Shown here: piece by piece, positions 8,878 through 18,505 of the stretch
How positions within the stretch are numbered: the first letter of the stretch is position 1
Layout: the number at the start of each line of letters is the position of its first letter
Assembly (NCBI RefSeq): GCF_965279025.1
Contig: NZ_OZ257132.1
Location: forward strand, 1,993,318-2,057,317
DNA: 64,000 bases
Direction of reading: 5' to 3'
Source: Ancylobacter sp.
Lineage (GTDB): Bacteria; Pseudomonadota; Alphaproteobacteria; Rhizobiales; Xanthobacteraceae
Translations under genes and position numbers: made by a program
The notes under the pieces: model-generated
What the model was told of the DNA's origin: nothing
The model's input: the letters and a program-made list of their open reading frames with translations, nothing else
Databases searched by the model: none

Positions 8878-10377
8878 TCAAGCCGGCGACAGCGGGATGC
8901 TCTGCTCGAACCGGAACAGGTTATCCGGGTCGTAGCGACGCTTCACGGTGCTCAGCCGCGCGAGGTTTTCGCCGTAATAGGCCTGCTGCCAGTCCTTCAG
9001 CGTTCGGTCGGGGAAGTTCACATAGGAGCGCGCGAGCACGAAGCGCTGCATGTCGGCGAAGTAATCGTCGAGCCACCGGGCCTGCTGCTCCACCAGCTGC
9101 GGCGGATCCAGCGGCGACCAGGTCCGCTCCATCTCGAAGATGAAGTTGGACCCGCGATGCACATAGGCGGTCTCGTCGGGCTTCTTGTCGCCGACCGCGC
9201 CGCCGATCGCGAACAGAATTCCCATATTCGTCTGCCGCATCGCGCCGCCCGGCCATTTCGACATCCAGGACAGCGACGCCTCCAGGGCATCGGCGGCCAG
9301 TTGCTCGCGTACCATGCTCGAGCGGACGTCGAAGAACCCTTCGGGGTCGTCGGTCACCAGATAGTCGCGCGCCTCCCAGTAGCTCATCTGCCTGATATAG
9401 GCGCGCGCCGGCTCCAGCAGGCGGAACAGCGGCTGGATCAGCTCGCGGAAGGCACTCTCCGGGCCGTAGAACAGGCCGAGCGTCTGTGCGGCCAGCTGGT
9501 CGCGGCCGGGGAAAGCCCCGGCCTGTTCGGCGGCGACCTTGCTGCGCGTGGAGATGTCGCGCGGGTTGTTGAGCTGCAGGTCCTGCAGCGCCAGCATCAG
9601 CTCGACCTGCTTTTGCGCCGGCCAGACGATGTTGAAGACCGTCACCTCCCGCACCGGCACCATGCGATAGGTCAGGCTCGTATGGATACCGAAATTCCCG
9701 CCGCCGGAACCGCGCAGGGCCCAGAACAGGTCGGCATTCGTCTCGCTGCTGGCGGTGATCGGTTCGAGGCTCGCCGGCACCAGCTCGGTCGACAGCAGCC
9801 TGTCGCAGGTCAGCCCGGCATGCGTGCTGGCAAAGCCCCAGCCGCCGCCGAGCGTCAGGCCGGTGACGCCGACCGTCGGGCAGCGGCCGGACGGGATGGC
9901 AAACGGAAAGGCGCTCAGCACGTTGGCCACGTCCTGATTGGTGGCGCCGCCCTGCACGGTAAGGGTCTGCTCGCCGGGATCGACGCTCACCCGGCGCAGG
10001 GCGCGCACATCGATCAGCAAGCCCGGCGTGGTCGAGTAGCCGGCATAGGAGTGACCGCCGGAGCGCACCGCGAACACTTCGCGATTGTCGCGCGCCCAGC
10101 GCAGGCACCGCACGACGTCGCCCTGCGAGGCGCACAGCGCAATGGCGCGCGGCAGCACATTGTCGTAGCGGGCATTGTTGGAACGGGCGCTGTAGCGGTA
10201 GGCGTAGTCGTCCGGCAGCAGAAGCCGGCCCTGCATGTCGCGCGCGAGCGCCGGCAGGCCGCCATCGCCCGCGTTGATCGCGAACTGGGCGAAAGCTGCG
10301 TTCGGCGCTGCCGCAAGCGCCGCGCCCGCAGCAGCGCCTGCGCCGATAAATCCGCGCCGGGAAAAAGTCGTCGCCAT
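8878..10377 (-). CDS. Tat-exported FAD-linked oxidase (PCMH-type FAD-binding domain plus BBE-like C-terminus)
   Basis: Tat signal 'SRRGFIGAGAAAGAALA', 'VRSGGHSYAGYS', 'ALRGSGGGNFG' and the C-terminal 'YYGENLARLSTVKRRYDPDNLFRFEQSIP'. Confidence 0.85.
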   Translation of the reverse strand: MATTFSRRGFIGAGAAAGAALAAAPNAAFAQFAINAGDGGLPALARDMQGRLLLPDDYAYRYSARSNNARYDNVLPRAIALCASQGDVVRCLRWARDNREVFAVRSGGHSYAGYSTTPGLLIDVRALRRVSVDPGEQTLTVQGGATNQDVANVLSAFPFAIPSGRCPTVGVTGLTLGGGWGFASTHAGLTCDRLLSTELVPASLEPITASSETNADLFWALRGSGGGNFGIHTSLTYRMVPVREVTVFNIVWPAQKQVELMLALQDLQLNNPRDISTRSKVAAEQAGAFPGRDQLAAQTLGLFYGPESAFRELIQPLFRLLEPARAYIRQMSYWEARDYLVTDDPEGFFDVRSSMVREQLAADALEASLSWMSKWPGGAMRQTNMGILFAIGGAVGDKKPDETAYVHRGSNFIFEMERTWSPLDPPQLVEQQARWLDDYFADMQRFVLARSYVNFPDRTLKDWQQAYYGENLARLSTVKRRYDPDNLFRFEQSIPLSPA

Positions 10378-10532
10378 CGCTGAAGCCCCCAGACAATGGG
10401 CTCAGCTTACACGGTCGTCGGTGAATTTTCTCTGACCGCGCCGCGAGGACCCCACCCTGCTCGCCGCGCTCAGCCCGCGCGCCACAGGTGGGGCGGACAA
10501 TGCAGGCGCGGGCCGGGCGGGTGGAAGGCGAT

Positions 10533-11654
10533 CTAGGGCAGATAGGCGTCGGCGCCGATGGCGATGATGTCTTCTTCGCTGAGCGTGCGGTTCCAGTGTG
10601 AATAGAGCGTCTGGCGCGCGGCCGGCAGGCCGACCTCCCGGCGCAGATAGCGATGGATCTGCCGGAAGGCCTTGTGCTCGCAGCCACCCCAGAAGAAGGC
10701 GCGGTCTGGATCGGCCGGCCACGCGACGGATCGTACCGCGTCGGGGAGCAGGGCGGTGGTGCCGGGGGCAGCGCCGGCACGATGCAGCCAGCGCAGCTCG
10801 ACTCCGGGGGGATGGGCCAGCGGCGGCTGTTCGCCCGGATTGTCGACCTCAATGAACGCCGTACCCCGCGCTGTGGCGGGAAGCTGTTCGAGAAGGCGCG
10901 CAATGCCGGGAAGGCCGGTTTCGTCGCCGGCCAGCACATAAAAATCCGCCGGCTTCACCCCATTGGCGGCGGGTCCCAATATGCCGACAATATCCCCGGG
11001 CGCCGCGTCCAGCGCCCAGCGCGTCGCCGGGCCGGGCCGCGCGTGCAAGGCGAAGTCGATGGTGATCTCGCCCGCGGCGGCGTCGATCCTGCGGAGCGTG
11101 TAGACGCGCGTCGTTAATTTCTGCTGCTGCGGCCACAGCACATGGCCGCGATCATCCAGCACCGGCCATTGCGGCGCCGAAACGTCCTTCGGCTGGAAGA
11201 TGAGCCGGCAATGGAGCTGGTCCGGGCGGTCGTAGCGCGCCAGATTCGCGCCCTTGAAGACGATGCGGCGCATGCGTGGGGTCAGCGCCTCCACCTGCGC
11301 GACCTCGAGCACGCGCAGGTCATCCGGAGGTGCGGGACCGAGTTGGTCGCCGCTCCAGACGATATCGAGCTTTTCGCTTGCGGCTATGAAGCTGATCGGC
11401 CCGACCAGCGCATGCTTCAGCCGGTTGAAGGCGGTGGGGTCGGGTGTTTCCACCGCGAGCCGCAGCAGGCCGGGGCGCGCGTCGAGGCGGGCACGCCCGA
11501 AGGGGCCGGTAATTTCATAGGCCCCATCCTCGCCTTCGACGCGCATGTCGTGGGTGGCGATGGCGGCGAGGATCGGGTCGAGGAATTGGGCGAGCCTTGG
11601 AAAGTTGACGCTTGCCGTGGCGCGGTAGAGACGCGGCTCCGCCGGCGGCATCAT
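10533..11654 (-). CDS. siderophore-interacting (SIP/ViuB-type) FAD reductase with an N-terminal extension of about 110 aa
   Basis: 'RVYTLRRIDAAAGEITIDFALH' and 'YVLAGDETGLPGIARLLEQLP'. Its start overlaps the upstream stop (ATGA at 11651-11654). Confidence 0.8.
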   Translation of the reverse strand: MMPPAEPRLYRATASVNFPRLAQFLDPILAAIATHDMRVEGEDGAYEITGPFGRARLDARPGLLRLAVETPDPTAFNRLKHALVGPISFIAASEKLDIVWSGDQLGPAPPDDLRVLEVAQVEALTPRMRRIVFKGANLARYDRPDQLHCRLIFQPKDVSAPQWPVLDDRGHVLWPQQQKLTTRVYTLRRIDAAAGEITIDFALHARPGPATRWALDAAPGDIVGILGPAANGVKPADFYVLAGDETGLPGIARLLEQLPATARGTAFIEVDNPGEQPPLAHPPGVELRWLHRAGAAPGTTALLPDAVRSVAWPADPDRAFFWGGCEHKAFRQIHRYLRREVGLPAARQTLYSHWNRTLSEEDIIAIGADAYLP

Positions 11655-12805
11655 GGCGTGCCCTCTTTCTCGTGCAGCGAGATCCAGAGCGGGCCGTCGA
11701 TCGGTTGGCTGAGGAAGCGGTCATTGATCTGCGACAGCGTCGCGGCGGGATCGAGGTCGCGGCAGCGCTGCGGGTGCAGCCATTTTGCCGCGACCTCGAC
11801 GAACAGCACATTCAGCGGCGGCACGCCGATCAACCCGGTCCAGATGGCGTGCACGCGGCCGTTGCGCACGCTCGCCATCTGGTCGAAGCCGGTGCGGCCC
11901 GCGAGGCGCGCCAGCGCCTTGCGCGCGGCATCCGGATCGAGCCCCGGCGCGATGGCGGGGCGGCCGCCGGCGGCCCAGCCGCCGCCGGAGGCGATGTAGG
12001 CCTCGTGCGGGGTGCTGATGAGATATTCGAGATGCAGCTTCTGGAACCAGGGCGCCGTCACCGCCGGCAGGGTGCGGCCACCCGCACGCGCAAGCAGGTC
12101 GCCCCAGATGCGGTTGCCCGCCGCCCAGCAGCAGTCATCGACGGTCGACTGGATTTCCAGATAGGTGGTGACGGGCGCGGCGCCGACGAGACGATGCCGA
12201 ACCTCCGCAAGGCGCCGGTCGACGAACGCCGCATAATCGTCCGCCTTCGCCTGCACGCCGAGCAGCTCTCCCCACATCCGCAGATAAGCCCGCAGATCCC
12301 GGCCGCTTCCCGCCCCCGCGTCAGGCGCGTTGCTGGACGCATCGCTGAAGACCACCGGAATGCCGTTGTGCTCCAGCCATTGCACCAGCGGGTCGCGCGC
12401 CCCCTCCGGCGCCATGAAGAGGTTCGCCACCACGAGATCGGGCGAAAGCGCGGCGATCTTCTCGCGGGAAATCGAATCGGCGGTCATCTGGCCGACGGTG
12501 TCGATGCGGCGCCCCCGCTGCATCCGCGCTTGCAGCACCGCACTGTCGATCCGCTCGGTGGCGGCCCAGCCGACGACGAGCGCCGCCGGGTCGGCGTGCA
12601 GCACGGACATGCTGAGGATATCCCGCGCTTCCAGCAGGATGATGCGCCGGGGCGGCGCGGGCAGCGATACCACGCGGCCCGCCATGTCGGTCACGGTCAG
12701 GGCGGTCTCTGCGAGCGCCGCCTCCGCCTGTCGTGCGGCAAGCAGGCCACCGAGCGCCAGCGCGGCGCAGAAGCCGCGTCGGTTCAGCCGCGCGCCGGCT
12801 ACCAT
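11651..12805 (-). CDS. periplasmic iron-siderophore ABC substrate-binding protein (FecB/FhuD-like)
   Basis: Tat/Sec-like leader 'RLNRRGFCAALALGGLLAARQAEA'. It is translationally coupled between the TonB receptor and SIP genes. Confidence 0.75.
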   Translation of the reverse strand: MVAGARLNRRGFCAALALGGLLAARQAEAALAETALTVTDMAGRVVSLPAPPRRIILLEARDILSMSVLHADPAALVVGWAATERIDSAVLQARMQRGRRIDTVGQMTADSISREKIAALSPDLVVANLFMAPEGARDPLVQWLEHNGIPVVFSDASSNAPDAGAGSGRDLRAYLRMWGELLGVQAKADDYAAFVDRRLAEVRHRLVGAAPVTTYLEIQSTVDDCCWAAGNRIWGDLLARAGGRTLPAVTAPWFQKLHLEYLISTPHEAYIASGGGWAAGGRPAIAPGLDPDAARKALARLAGRTGFDQMASVRNGRVHAIWTGLIGVPPLNVLFVEVAAKWLHPQRCRDLDPAATLSQINDRFLSQPIDGPLWISLHEKEGTP

Positions 12806-14973
12806 GTGTAGCGCAGGCCCGCCAGGACGAGCCGGCCATTGCCGAACTGGCAGTAATAGCCCGAGCTGCAGCTGGAATAGTAATCGACATCGAGAAGGTT
12901 GGTGACGTTGAGCGTGCCCTGCAGGCCTTGAAACCTCTGGTCGAGAACGCCGAAATCATAACGCAGCGCGGCGTCGACCAGCGTGTAGCCGTCGACCTTC
13001 AGGGTGTTGGCATTGTCGGCATAGCTCGAACCGACGAAGCGCACGCCGCCGCCGACCATCAGGCCCCGCAGCACCCCCGTGTCGAAGGTGTAGCCCGCCC
13101 AGAACGAGCTGAAATAGTTCGGCACCGCCTGCGGGTGCTTGCCGATATCGGCGGCGACGGTCGACTGGGTGATGGTGGTGTCGAGCAGCGTCACGGCGGC
13201 GATCACCTCCAGATTGCGGGTGACATTGCCCCGCGCCTCGAATTCCAGCCCGCGCGAGCGGATCTCGCCCTGCTGGACATTGAAGCCGGGAATGACGTCC
13301 TGGGTCAGCACGTTCTGCTGGCGGATGTCGAAGGCGGCGACGGTGAACAGCGCGTCCATCCCCTGCGGCTGATATTTCAGGCCGACTTCATATTGCTCGG
13401 CCGTGGTGGGGACGAAAGGCGCGCCGTCGGCATCGACGCCGATGACCGGTTCGAACGAGGTGGAGTAGCTGGCATAGGGAGCCAGCCCGCTGTCGAACAG
13501 GTAGAGCAGGCCGGCGCGGTAGGTGGTGGCCTCGCTCTCCTGCTGCGAAGAGCTGGCGGCCAGCAGGTTGTCGGTGTCCTGCTGCAGCCAGTCGTGCCGC
13601 ACGCCGAGCACGGCGCGGAAGCCGCCAAAGCTGAGCTGGTCCTGCGCATAGAGGCCCGCCTGCCAGAGCGACTGGTCGCTGTCGATCACGGTCGCGAGCG
13701 GACCGACGGGCTGGCCATATTGCGGAAACACCACGTTCAGCGGCGTCGCCGCGCCCATCTGGTACTCCCACCCGCTCGTTGAATTCTGGTAGTCGACGCC
13801 GAGCAGCACCTTGTGCTGGACCGCGCCGGTGGCGAAATCGAGCTGCGCGTGATTGTCGGAAGAGATGCCGCCGACATCTTCGATCGACTTCACTGCATAG
13901 CGCGGAATGAGCCCGGCCGAGGTGATCGGGCCGGCCATCTGCAGCGACTGGAAGTCGACGTCGACATGGGAATAGCGCAGGCTCGACCGGAAGGTCAGCA
14001 GCGCGTCGAAGCGATGCTCGAACTTGTAACCGATGCCGTATTGTTCGCGCTCGAACGAGTCATAGGCGGGGTCGCCAATATTCAGATCGCGGTCGAGCAA
14101 GGGCTGGTAGGCCGCCGGCGCCAGCGCTCGCGCGTAGAGCGAGTTGAAATAGCCACCGTCCGGGTCCTTCTGATAATAGCTGTAGAGGGTCAGCGACGTG
14201 TCGGCGTCGGGCTGCCACGTCACCGCCGGCGCGACCCCGATCCTCTCCTCGTCGACATCGTCATATTGCGTGCCCGACTGGCGTCCGATGGCGCTGAAGC
14301 TGTATTGCCACGTGCCGTCCTCGGTCAGCGCGCCCCGCGAGGTAAGCCCGCCCTGGAGGCGGCCATAGCTCCCCCCTTCGAGGCGAAGCTCATTATAGGG
14401 CTCGGCGGAGGGCGCGCGGCTGATCTGGTTGACGATGCCGCCCGGGCTGACCGCGCCATAGAGCACGGCCGAGGGGCCCTTCAGCACGTCGATGCGGTCG
14501 AGCAGGAACGGGTCGATGGCGGTCTGGGCGAAGGCCTGGCCACGCGGCAGCTTCAAACCGTCGAGGAAGCTCACATAATTGGTCGCGGTGCCGAACGATC
14601 CGAACCCGCGGATGAAGATGGAATCGTAGCGGCCATTGGTGTCGCGATCCGAGAGCACGCCGGCCGTGTAGCGCAACGCCTCGCTGACGGTTTGCGGGTT
14701 CTGCTCGTCCATCTGGCGCCGCGTGACGCTGGTCACCGATTGTGGCGTCTCCAGAACGGGCGTGTCGGTGCGGGTCGCCGTCGCGCTGCGCCTGAGCAGC
14801 AGGGTGTCGCGGGTATCCGTGGGCGCGGTGCCGTCCTCGACCACCGTCACGGTGTCGAGCTGTATGGCGGGCTCCTGGGCCCAGGCGGCACTTGAGGCCG
14901 CGCTCATGGCGACCAGCAACGCGCCGATGGATACGGCGTGATGCCGCCCGAACATACTGTGCTGGATCATCAT
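12799..14973 (-). CDS. TonB-dependent siderophore receptor
   Basis: Signal peptide 'SIGALLVAMSAASSAAWAQEP', plug motifs 'ETPQSVTSVTRRQMDEQ' and 'IDVLKGPSAVLYG', and a C-terminal beta-barrel ending 'AGLRYTW'. The start is at the tandem ATGs 14973/14970. The track ORF reaching 15351 is an extension. Confidence 0.9.
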   Translation of the reverse strand: MMIQHSMFGRHHAVSIGALLVAMSAASSAAWAQEPAIQLDTVTVVEDGTAPTDTRDTLLLRRSATATRTDTPVLETPQSVTSVTRRQMDEQNPQTVSEALRYTAGVLSDRDTNGRYDSIFIRGFGSFGTATNYVSFLDGLKLPRGQAFAQTAIDPFLLDRIDVLKGPSAVLYGAVSPGGIVNQISRAPSAEPYNELRLEGGSYGRLQGGLTSRGALTEDGTWQYSFSAIGRQSGTQYDDVDEERIGVAPAVTWQPDADTSLTLYSYYQKDPDGGYFNSLYARALAPAAYQPLLDRDLNIGDPAYDSFEREQYGIGYKFEHRFDALLTFRSSLRYSHVDVDFQSLQMAGPITSAGLIPRYAVKSIEDVGGISSDNHAQLDFATGAVQHKVLLGVDYQNSTSGWEYQMGAATPLNVVFPQYGQPVGPLATVIDSDQSLWQAGLYAQDQLSFGGFRAVLGVRHDWLQQDTDNLLAASSSQQESEATTYRAGLLYLFDSGLAPYASYSTSFEPVIGVDADGAPFVPTTAEQYEVGLKYQPQGMDALFTVAAFDIRQQNVLTQDVIPGFNVQQGEIRSRGLEFEARGNVTRNLEVIAAVTLLDTTITQSTVAADIGKHPQAVPNYFSSFWAGYTFDTGVLRGLMVGGGVRFVGSSYADNANTLKVDGYTLVDAALRYDFGVLDQRFQGLQGTLNVTNLLDVDYYSSCSSGYYCQFGNGRLVLAGLRYTW

Positions 14974-15065
14974 GTCCTCTTGGACCCCTTCGCGCCAGAA
15001 CGACCCGCCCGAGGCGCGGCGCACACCCGGAGAGCCCGACTTCAACAGGCTTCGGAGATATCTAA

Positions 15066-15080
15066 ACGGGACGATCCCGT
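15066..15080. promoter_or_regulatory. perfect 6-3-6 palindrome ACGGGA-CGA-TCCCGT in the TBDR/TetR divergent intergenic region (candidate operator)
   Basis: Read directly from the sequence. It lies between the TBDR start (14973) and the TetR start (15221). No binding data are available. Confidence 0.25.
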
Positions 15081-15220
15081 CCAGTTTATTCATGTGATTT
15101 ATCAGTAGATTAGAATTGGAATGGGTTGCAGTTGGCGCTAAAGAGCGGCATGTGCGATGGGACGTTGTCGCCGCATGTCGTCGCATCGCCCATGTCAGGG
15201 CGATCGGCAAGGGGGAGTAC

Positions 15221-15898
15221 ATGGTCGAACGAAAGGTGCCGCCTCGGGGGCCACGCGGCGGTCGTCCCACGCGGGGGAACGCGCAGGAGCCGGTCGAGCG
15301 CATCCTTGAGACGGCGACCCGCCTGTTCGCCTCCCGAGGTTTTGCCGGCACCTCGATCGATCAGGTCGCCGCGCTCTGCGGCGCCGGCAAGGACACGATC
15401 TATCGGCGCTTCCCGTCCAAGGTGGCGCTGTTCCAGGGGGTGGTCGAACAGGCACGTGCGCGCGCACTGGGGCGGCTTCAGGAACTGGCACCGATCGAGG
15501 GCGGGGCGAGGGAGCGCCTGAGAGGACTGTTGCGCACCTTCCTCGCCATCAACATGGAGCCGGAACTGATCGCGCTGAAGCGCATCACCTTCAGCGAGGC
15601 CGTGGTGTTCGAGAAATCGGGCGCCGTTCCCTCGCAGCCCGATCCGCTCATGGCGCGCCTGGTCGAGACGGTCGCGGCGGCGCAGGCGGACGGCGTGCTG
15701 CGGGCGGGCAACCCGGAGGACATCGCCGCCCACCTCATCTACAGCCTGGTGGCCATCCCCACGGCCGACGCCTTGCTCGGCGGCGCTCGTTACGAGGAAC
15801 CGCAGCAACTCGACCGGCATTTCGAGGCCGTGTGCGAATGGCTGATGGCGGGCGTAGCGTCGCCGGTGCCGGAACGGTCAGGCGACAGGATCGGCTGA
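15221..15898 (+). CDS. TetR/AcrR-family transcriptional regulator
   Basis: HTH region 'ILETATRLFASRGFAGTSIDQVAALCGAGKDTIYRRFPSK'. A GGGGGAG Shine-Dalgarno sequence precedes ATG 15221. Confidence 0.85.
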   Translation: MVERKVPPRGPRGGRPTRGNAQEPVERILETATRLFASRGFAGTSIDQVAALCGAGKDTIYRRFPSKVALFQGVVEQARARALGRLQELAPIEGGARERLRGLLRTFLAINMEPELIALKRITFSEAVVFEKSGAVPSQPDPLMARLVETVAAAQADGVLRAGNPEDIAAHLIYSLVAIPTADALLGGARYEEPQQLDRHFEAVCEWLMAGVASPVPERSGDRIG

Positions 15899-16194
15899 CC
15901 GTCAAAGGCAGGGTGACGGATGTGCCGCCCGCCCGCCCGGGCGGGGCGATCTTCGCACGGGCCTGGGCCCGCCCGGTGCAACCCTGCCGGCGGGCGGCGC
16001 TGAGCGCGATGCGGTGCGCACGGGTGGAGGCATCCTCGGCCAGACGGGCACTCAACGGATGGTGCCCTGGCGTGAGCCTGCAGAATCCGCCTTCGGGCGC
16101 CGAACCGGCGGTCAACGTGCTGTCCGTGCCGTTGCGTTCTACGCAGGGTGCCGCATCGGGCATCCTGGATAACCCGCCCGGGAGTTCGAAGCCC

Positions 16195-17400
16195 TCACTC
16201 GGGATAAGTTTCGCCTTTGTCCGGTGCATCCTTGTGGAACAGGATGAACACCAGGGGGTTGCCGGGCTCGGCCATCGCATCGCTACGCTGGCCGGTCACC
16301 TCTCCCGCCACCTGGCTGGTGTATTCGGCGACCACGTCGCCAAAACTGTTGCGCTGGATGGCGAGCTTCTGTCCGGGTTCCACCTTGTCGTTGAGCCTGA
16401 CCAGATGCTCGACGATCCCGCCCTCGCTCGCCAGGATCGGGAAGGCGCTGTTGCCGACGAAGACGCTCACGTCCTTGCCCGTCCGGCCCATGGGCCCGGC
16501 GACGATGCCGTGATGCTTGAGGACATTCATCGTGCCCTCCACGAACAGCGCGATCATGTCGAGGTCCAGCACGCGCGCCGCACCGATCTCCGGTGTGAAG
16601 GCGGGGATGCCCACATCCATGAAGGCATTGTGCAGCACGCCGGGATAGACGTGATTGTCGAAGACCTGGCTCACCGGATAAAGCTCCACCATCGCCTTGA
16701 CCTCGGGCACGTCCATGCCGGCGATGTTGAAGGCGGCGACCTCGAACCCGGTCGTCCCGGTGTGAAAGTCGATGGCGGCATCGGCGTTCGGCTGCAGCAG
16801 CCGTTTGAACAGCAGGCCGGCATGCCGGCTGGGCGCGGTGAGGCCATTCTCATTGCCGGGCCATTCCCGGTTCATGTCGATCAGGTCGGCGCCCCGGCCA
16901 GCATTGGGCCATCGGCGCTGCAGGCCCTCCATAGCCGGGCGGGACACGTCGGTAACCGCCATGACGGTGCCCGACATCTCGGCCGGATCGAGGCCGTTCA
17001 TCACGGTCTGGACCGTGTGCACGGAACTCATCTCGTCGCCATGCACGCCGCTGACCAGAACGACACGCTTGCCCGGCCTAGCTCCCCTGGCGACGGTCAC
17101 GGACACATACCAGTGCTGCCCGCTGGGCATCTCGACGCCCTGAAAATACAGCTGATGCTTCTTCCCCGGCTCCAGATCATCGACGTCGAGCGTGCTGACG
17201 ACCTTTCTCCCCTGGATGACATCGCCGGTATAGACGGTTGCGGATGCAGGATCGGATGCCGGGCCGGCAGCGTTTTGCGCGGAGCCCTCGGCGCTGGCGG
17301 AAGCAGCATGGGCGACGAGCCCGGCGGAGGCGCCGATGGTTGCAGCGGAGGCGATGATGAAGTCGCGGCGATCGAGGCGCTCGTGCGGCTTGTTCGACAT
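16195..17400 (-). CDS. Tat-exported succinylglutamate desuccinylase/aspartoacylase-family (M14-like) zinc hydrolase
   Basis: Tat motif 'DRRDFIIASAATIGASAGL' and 'VVLVSGVHGDEMSSVHTV', typical of the AstE/AspA family. Start at ATG 17400. Confidence 0.7.
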   Translation of the reverse strand: MSNKPHERLDRRDFIIASAATIGASAGLVAHAASASAEGSAQNAAGPASDPASATVYTGDVIQGRKVVSTLDVDDLEPGKKHQLYFQGVEMPSGQHWYVSVTVARGARPGKRVVLVSGVHGDEMSSVHTVQTVMNGLDPAEMSGTVMAVTDVSRPAMEGLQRRWPNAGRGADLIDMNREWPGNENGLTAPSRHAGLLFKRLLQPNADAAIDFHTGTTGFEVAAFNIAGMDVPEVKAMVELYPVSQVFDNHVYPGVLHNAFMDVGIPAFTPEIGAARVLDLDMIALFVEGTMNVLKHHGIVAGPMGRTGKDVSVFVGNSAFPILASEGGIVEHLVRLNDKVEPGQKLAIQRNSFGDVVAEYTSQVAGEVTGQRSDAMAEPGNPLVFILFHKDAPDKGETYPE

Positions 17401-17524
17401 GGCGTGGAGCCTTCCTGTGATTTGCCCGCCCTTCTGCACGAAAGGTTACGCCCGGCGACGCCGAGTGCAAGGCAGCCGCGCGCGCCGCAGCCTGGTGCCC
17501 GCTCGCGTGCGGCCGCCGACGCTT

Positions 17525-18496
17525 CTAGATCAGGCACTCATCCAGGACGGCGGTCAGGCTCGCATCATCGAGGTTGCGGCCGATCAACACCAAGCGGCTG
17601 CCGTCTGGCGCCTCATCTGCAGGCTCCAGTTCGAACCTGTCGCCAACAAGGTGAAACAGATACCGAATGTCGTGATCGGCGATAGACAGCCAGCCCTTCG
17701 CCCGGAACAGACCGGCAGGACGTTCGCAATCGAGGAATCGCTGGAAGCGCGACAGGGCGAAGGGACGCTGTCGCACGTAAGAAACCGCGGTGAACCCGCC
17801 GTGCGCCCCCAGGGGCTGCGGCTTTGGCTCGTTCCAGGCGACGAATTTCTGTCCGGCCGCGAAGGCATGAAGGTCGAGCAGAATGTCGAGTGGCGCCTCG
17901 CTTCGTACGGTCTCGACAATGCGGATACGCGGATTGAGATCAAGCAGGCGCAAGGTGACGGTCGATACCCGCGCGCGGGCGAGATCACATTTGTTCAATA
18001 GCACCATGTCGGCATGGGCGATCTGGCTGCGGGCGACCTCGACATCTGACAGGTCGCTGCCGAAATGCTCGGCATCGGCGACCGCGACGATGCCGCTCAG
18101 ACTCAGGCTCTCGCGAAAGGGCGCGGCCAGCACCGTGAGCGCCACCGGCAGCGGGTCGGCGACGCCGGAGGTCTCGATGATGATGTGATCGACCGGCTGC
18201 GTGCGCTCCAATATCTGCACGAGATTGTCCATCAGGTCGCTGGCGAGCGAGCAGCAGATGCAGCCATTGGAGAGCTCCAGCAGACCGTCCTCGGTGGACG
18301 AGATCAGTTCGGCGTCGATATTGACGTCGCCGAGGTCATTGACCAGTACGGCGGCGCGCAAACCCCGACGGTTGGCGAGGATATGGTTCACCAGCGTGGT
18401 CTTGCCGCTGCCGAGAAAGCCGGTGATCACGGTCACCGGCGTGCGGGCACCGGGAGCGCGGGAGGGCGGGCGAAAGGTTCGAGGCGCGGCGAACAT
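17525..18496 (-). CDS. COG0523-family (CobW/YjiA/ZigA-like) GTPase metallochaperone
   Basis: P-loop 'ITGFLGSGKTTLVNHIL', metal-binding 'GCICCS' and a CobW C-terminal domain. Confidence 0.85.
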   Translation of the reverse strand: MFAAPRTFRPPSRAPGARTPVTVITGFLGSGKTTLVNHILANRRGLRAAVLVNDLGDVNIDAELISSTEDGLLELSNGCICCSLASDLMDNLVQILERTQPVDHIIIETSGVADPLPVALTVLAAPFRESLSLSGIVAVADAEHFGSDLSDVEVARSQIAHADMVLLNKCDLARARVSTVTLRLLDLNPRIRIVETVRSEAPLDILLDLHAFAAGQKFVAWNEPKPQPLGAHGGFTAVSYVRQRPFALSRFQRFLDCERPAGLFRAKGWLSIADHDIRYLFHLVGDRFELEPADEAPDGSRLVLIGRNLDDASLTAVLDECLI

Positions 18497-18505
18497 GGAG
18501 AACCT

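Noticed and set aside
15085-15125. An AT-rich stretch (TTATTCATGTGATTTATCAGTAGATTAGAATTGG) considered as a Fur box or Irr ICE box upstream of the TonB receptor.
   Set aside because: It has no convincing dyad symmetry and matches either consensus poorly when read by eye. A position-weight-matrix scan would be needed.
15926-15950. A GC-rich hairpin CCCGCCC-GCCC-GGGCGGG after the TetR stop, considered as a terminator.
   Set aside because: The stem is only 7 bp and is followed by a weak, interrupted T tract (GCGATCTTCGC). That is not enough to call an intrinsic terminator.
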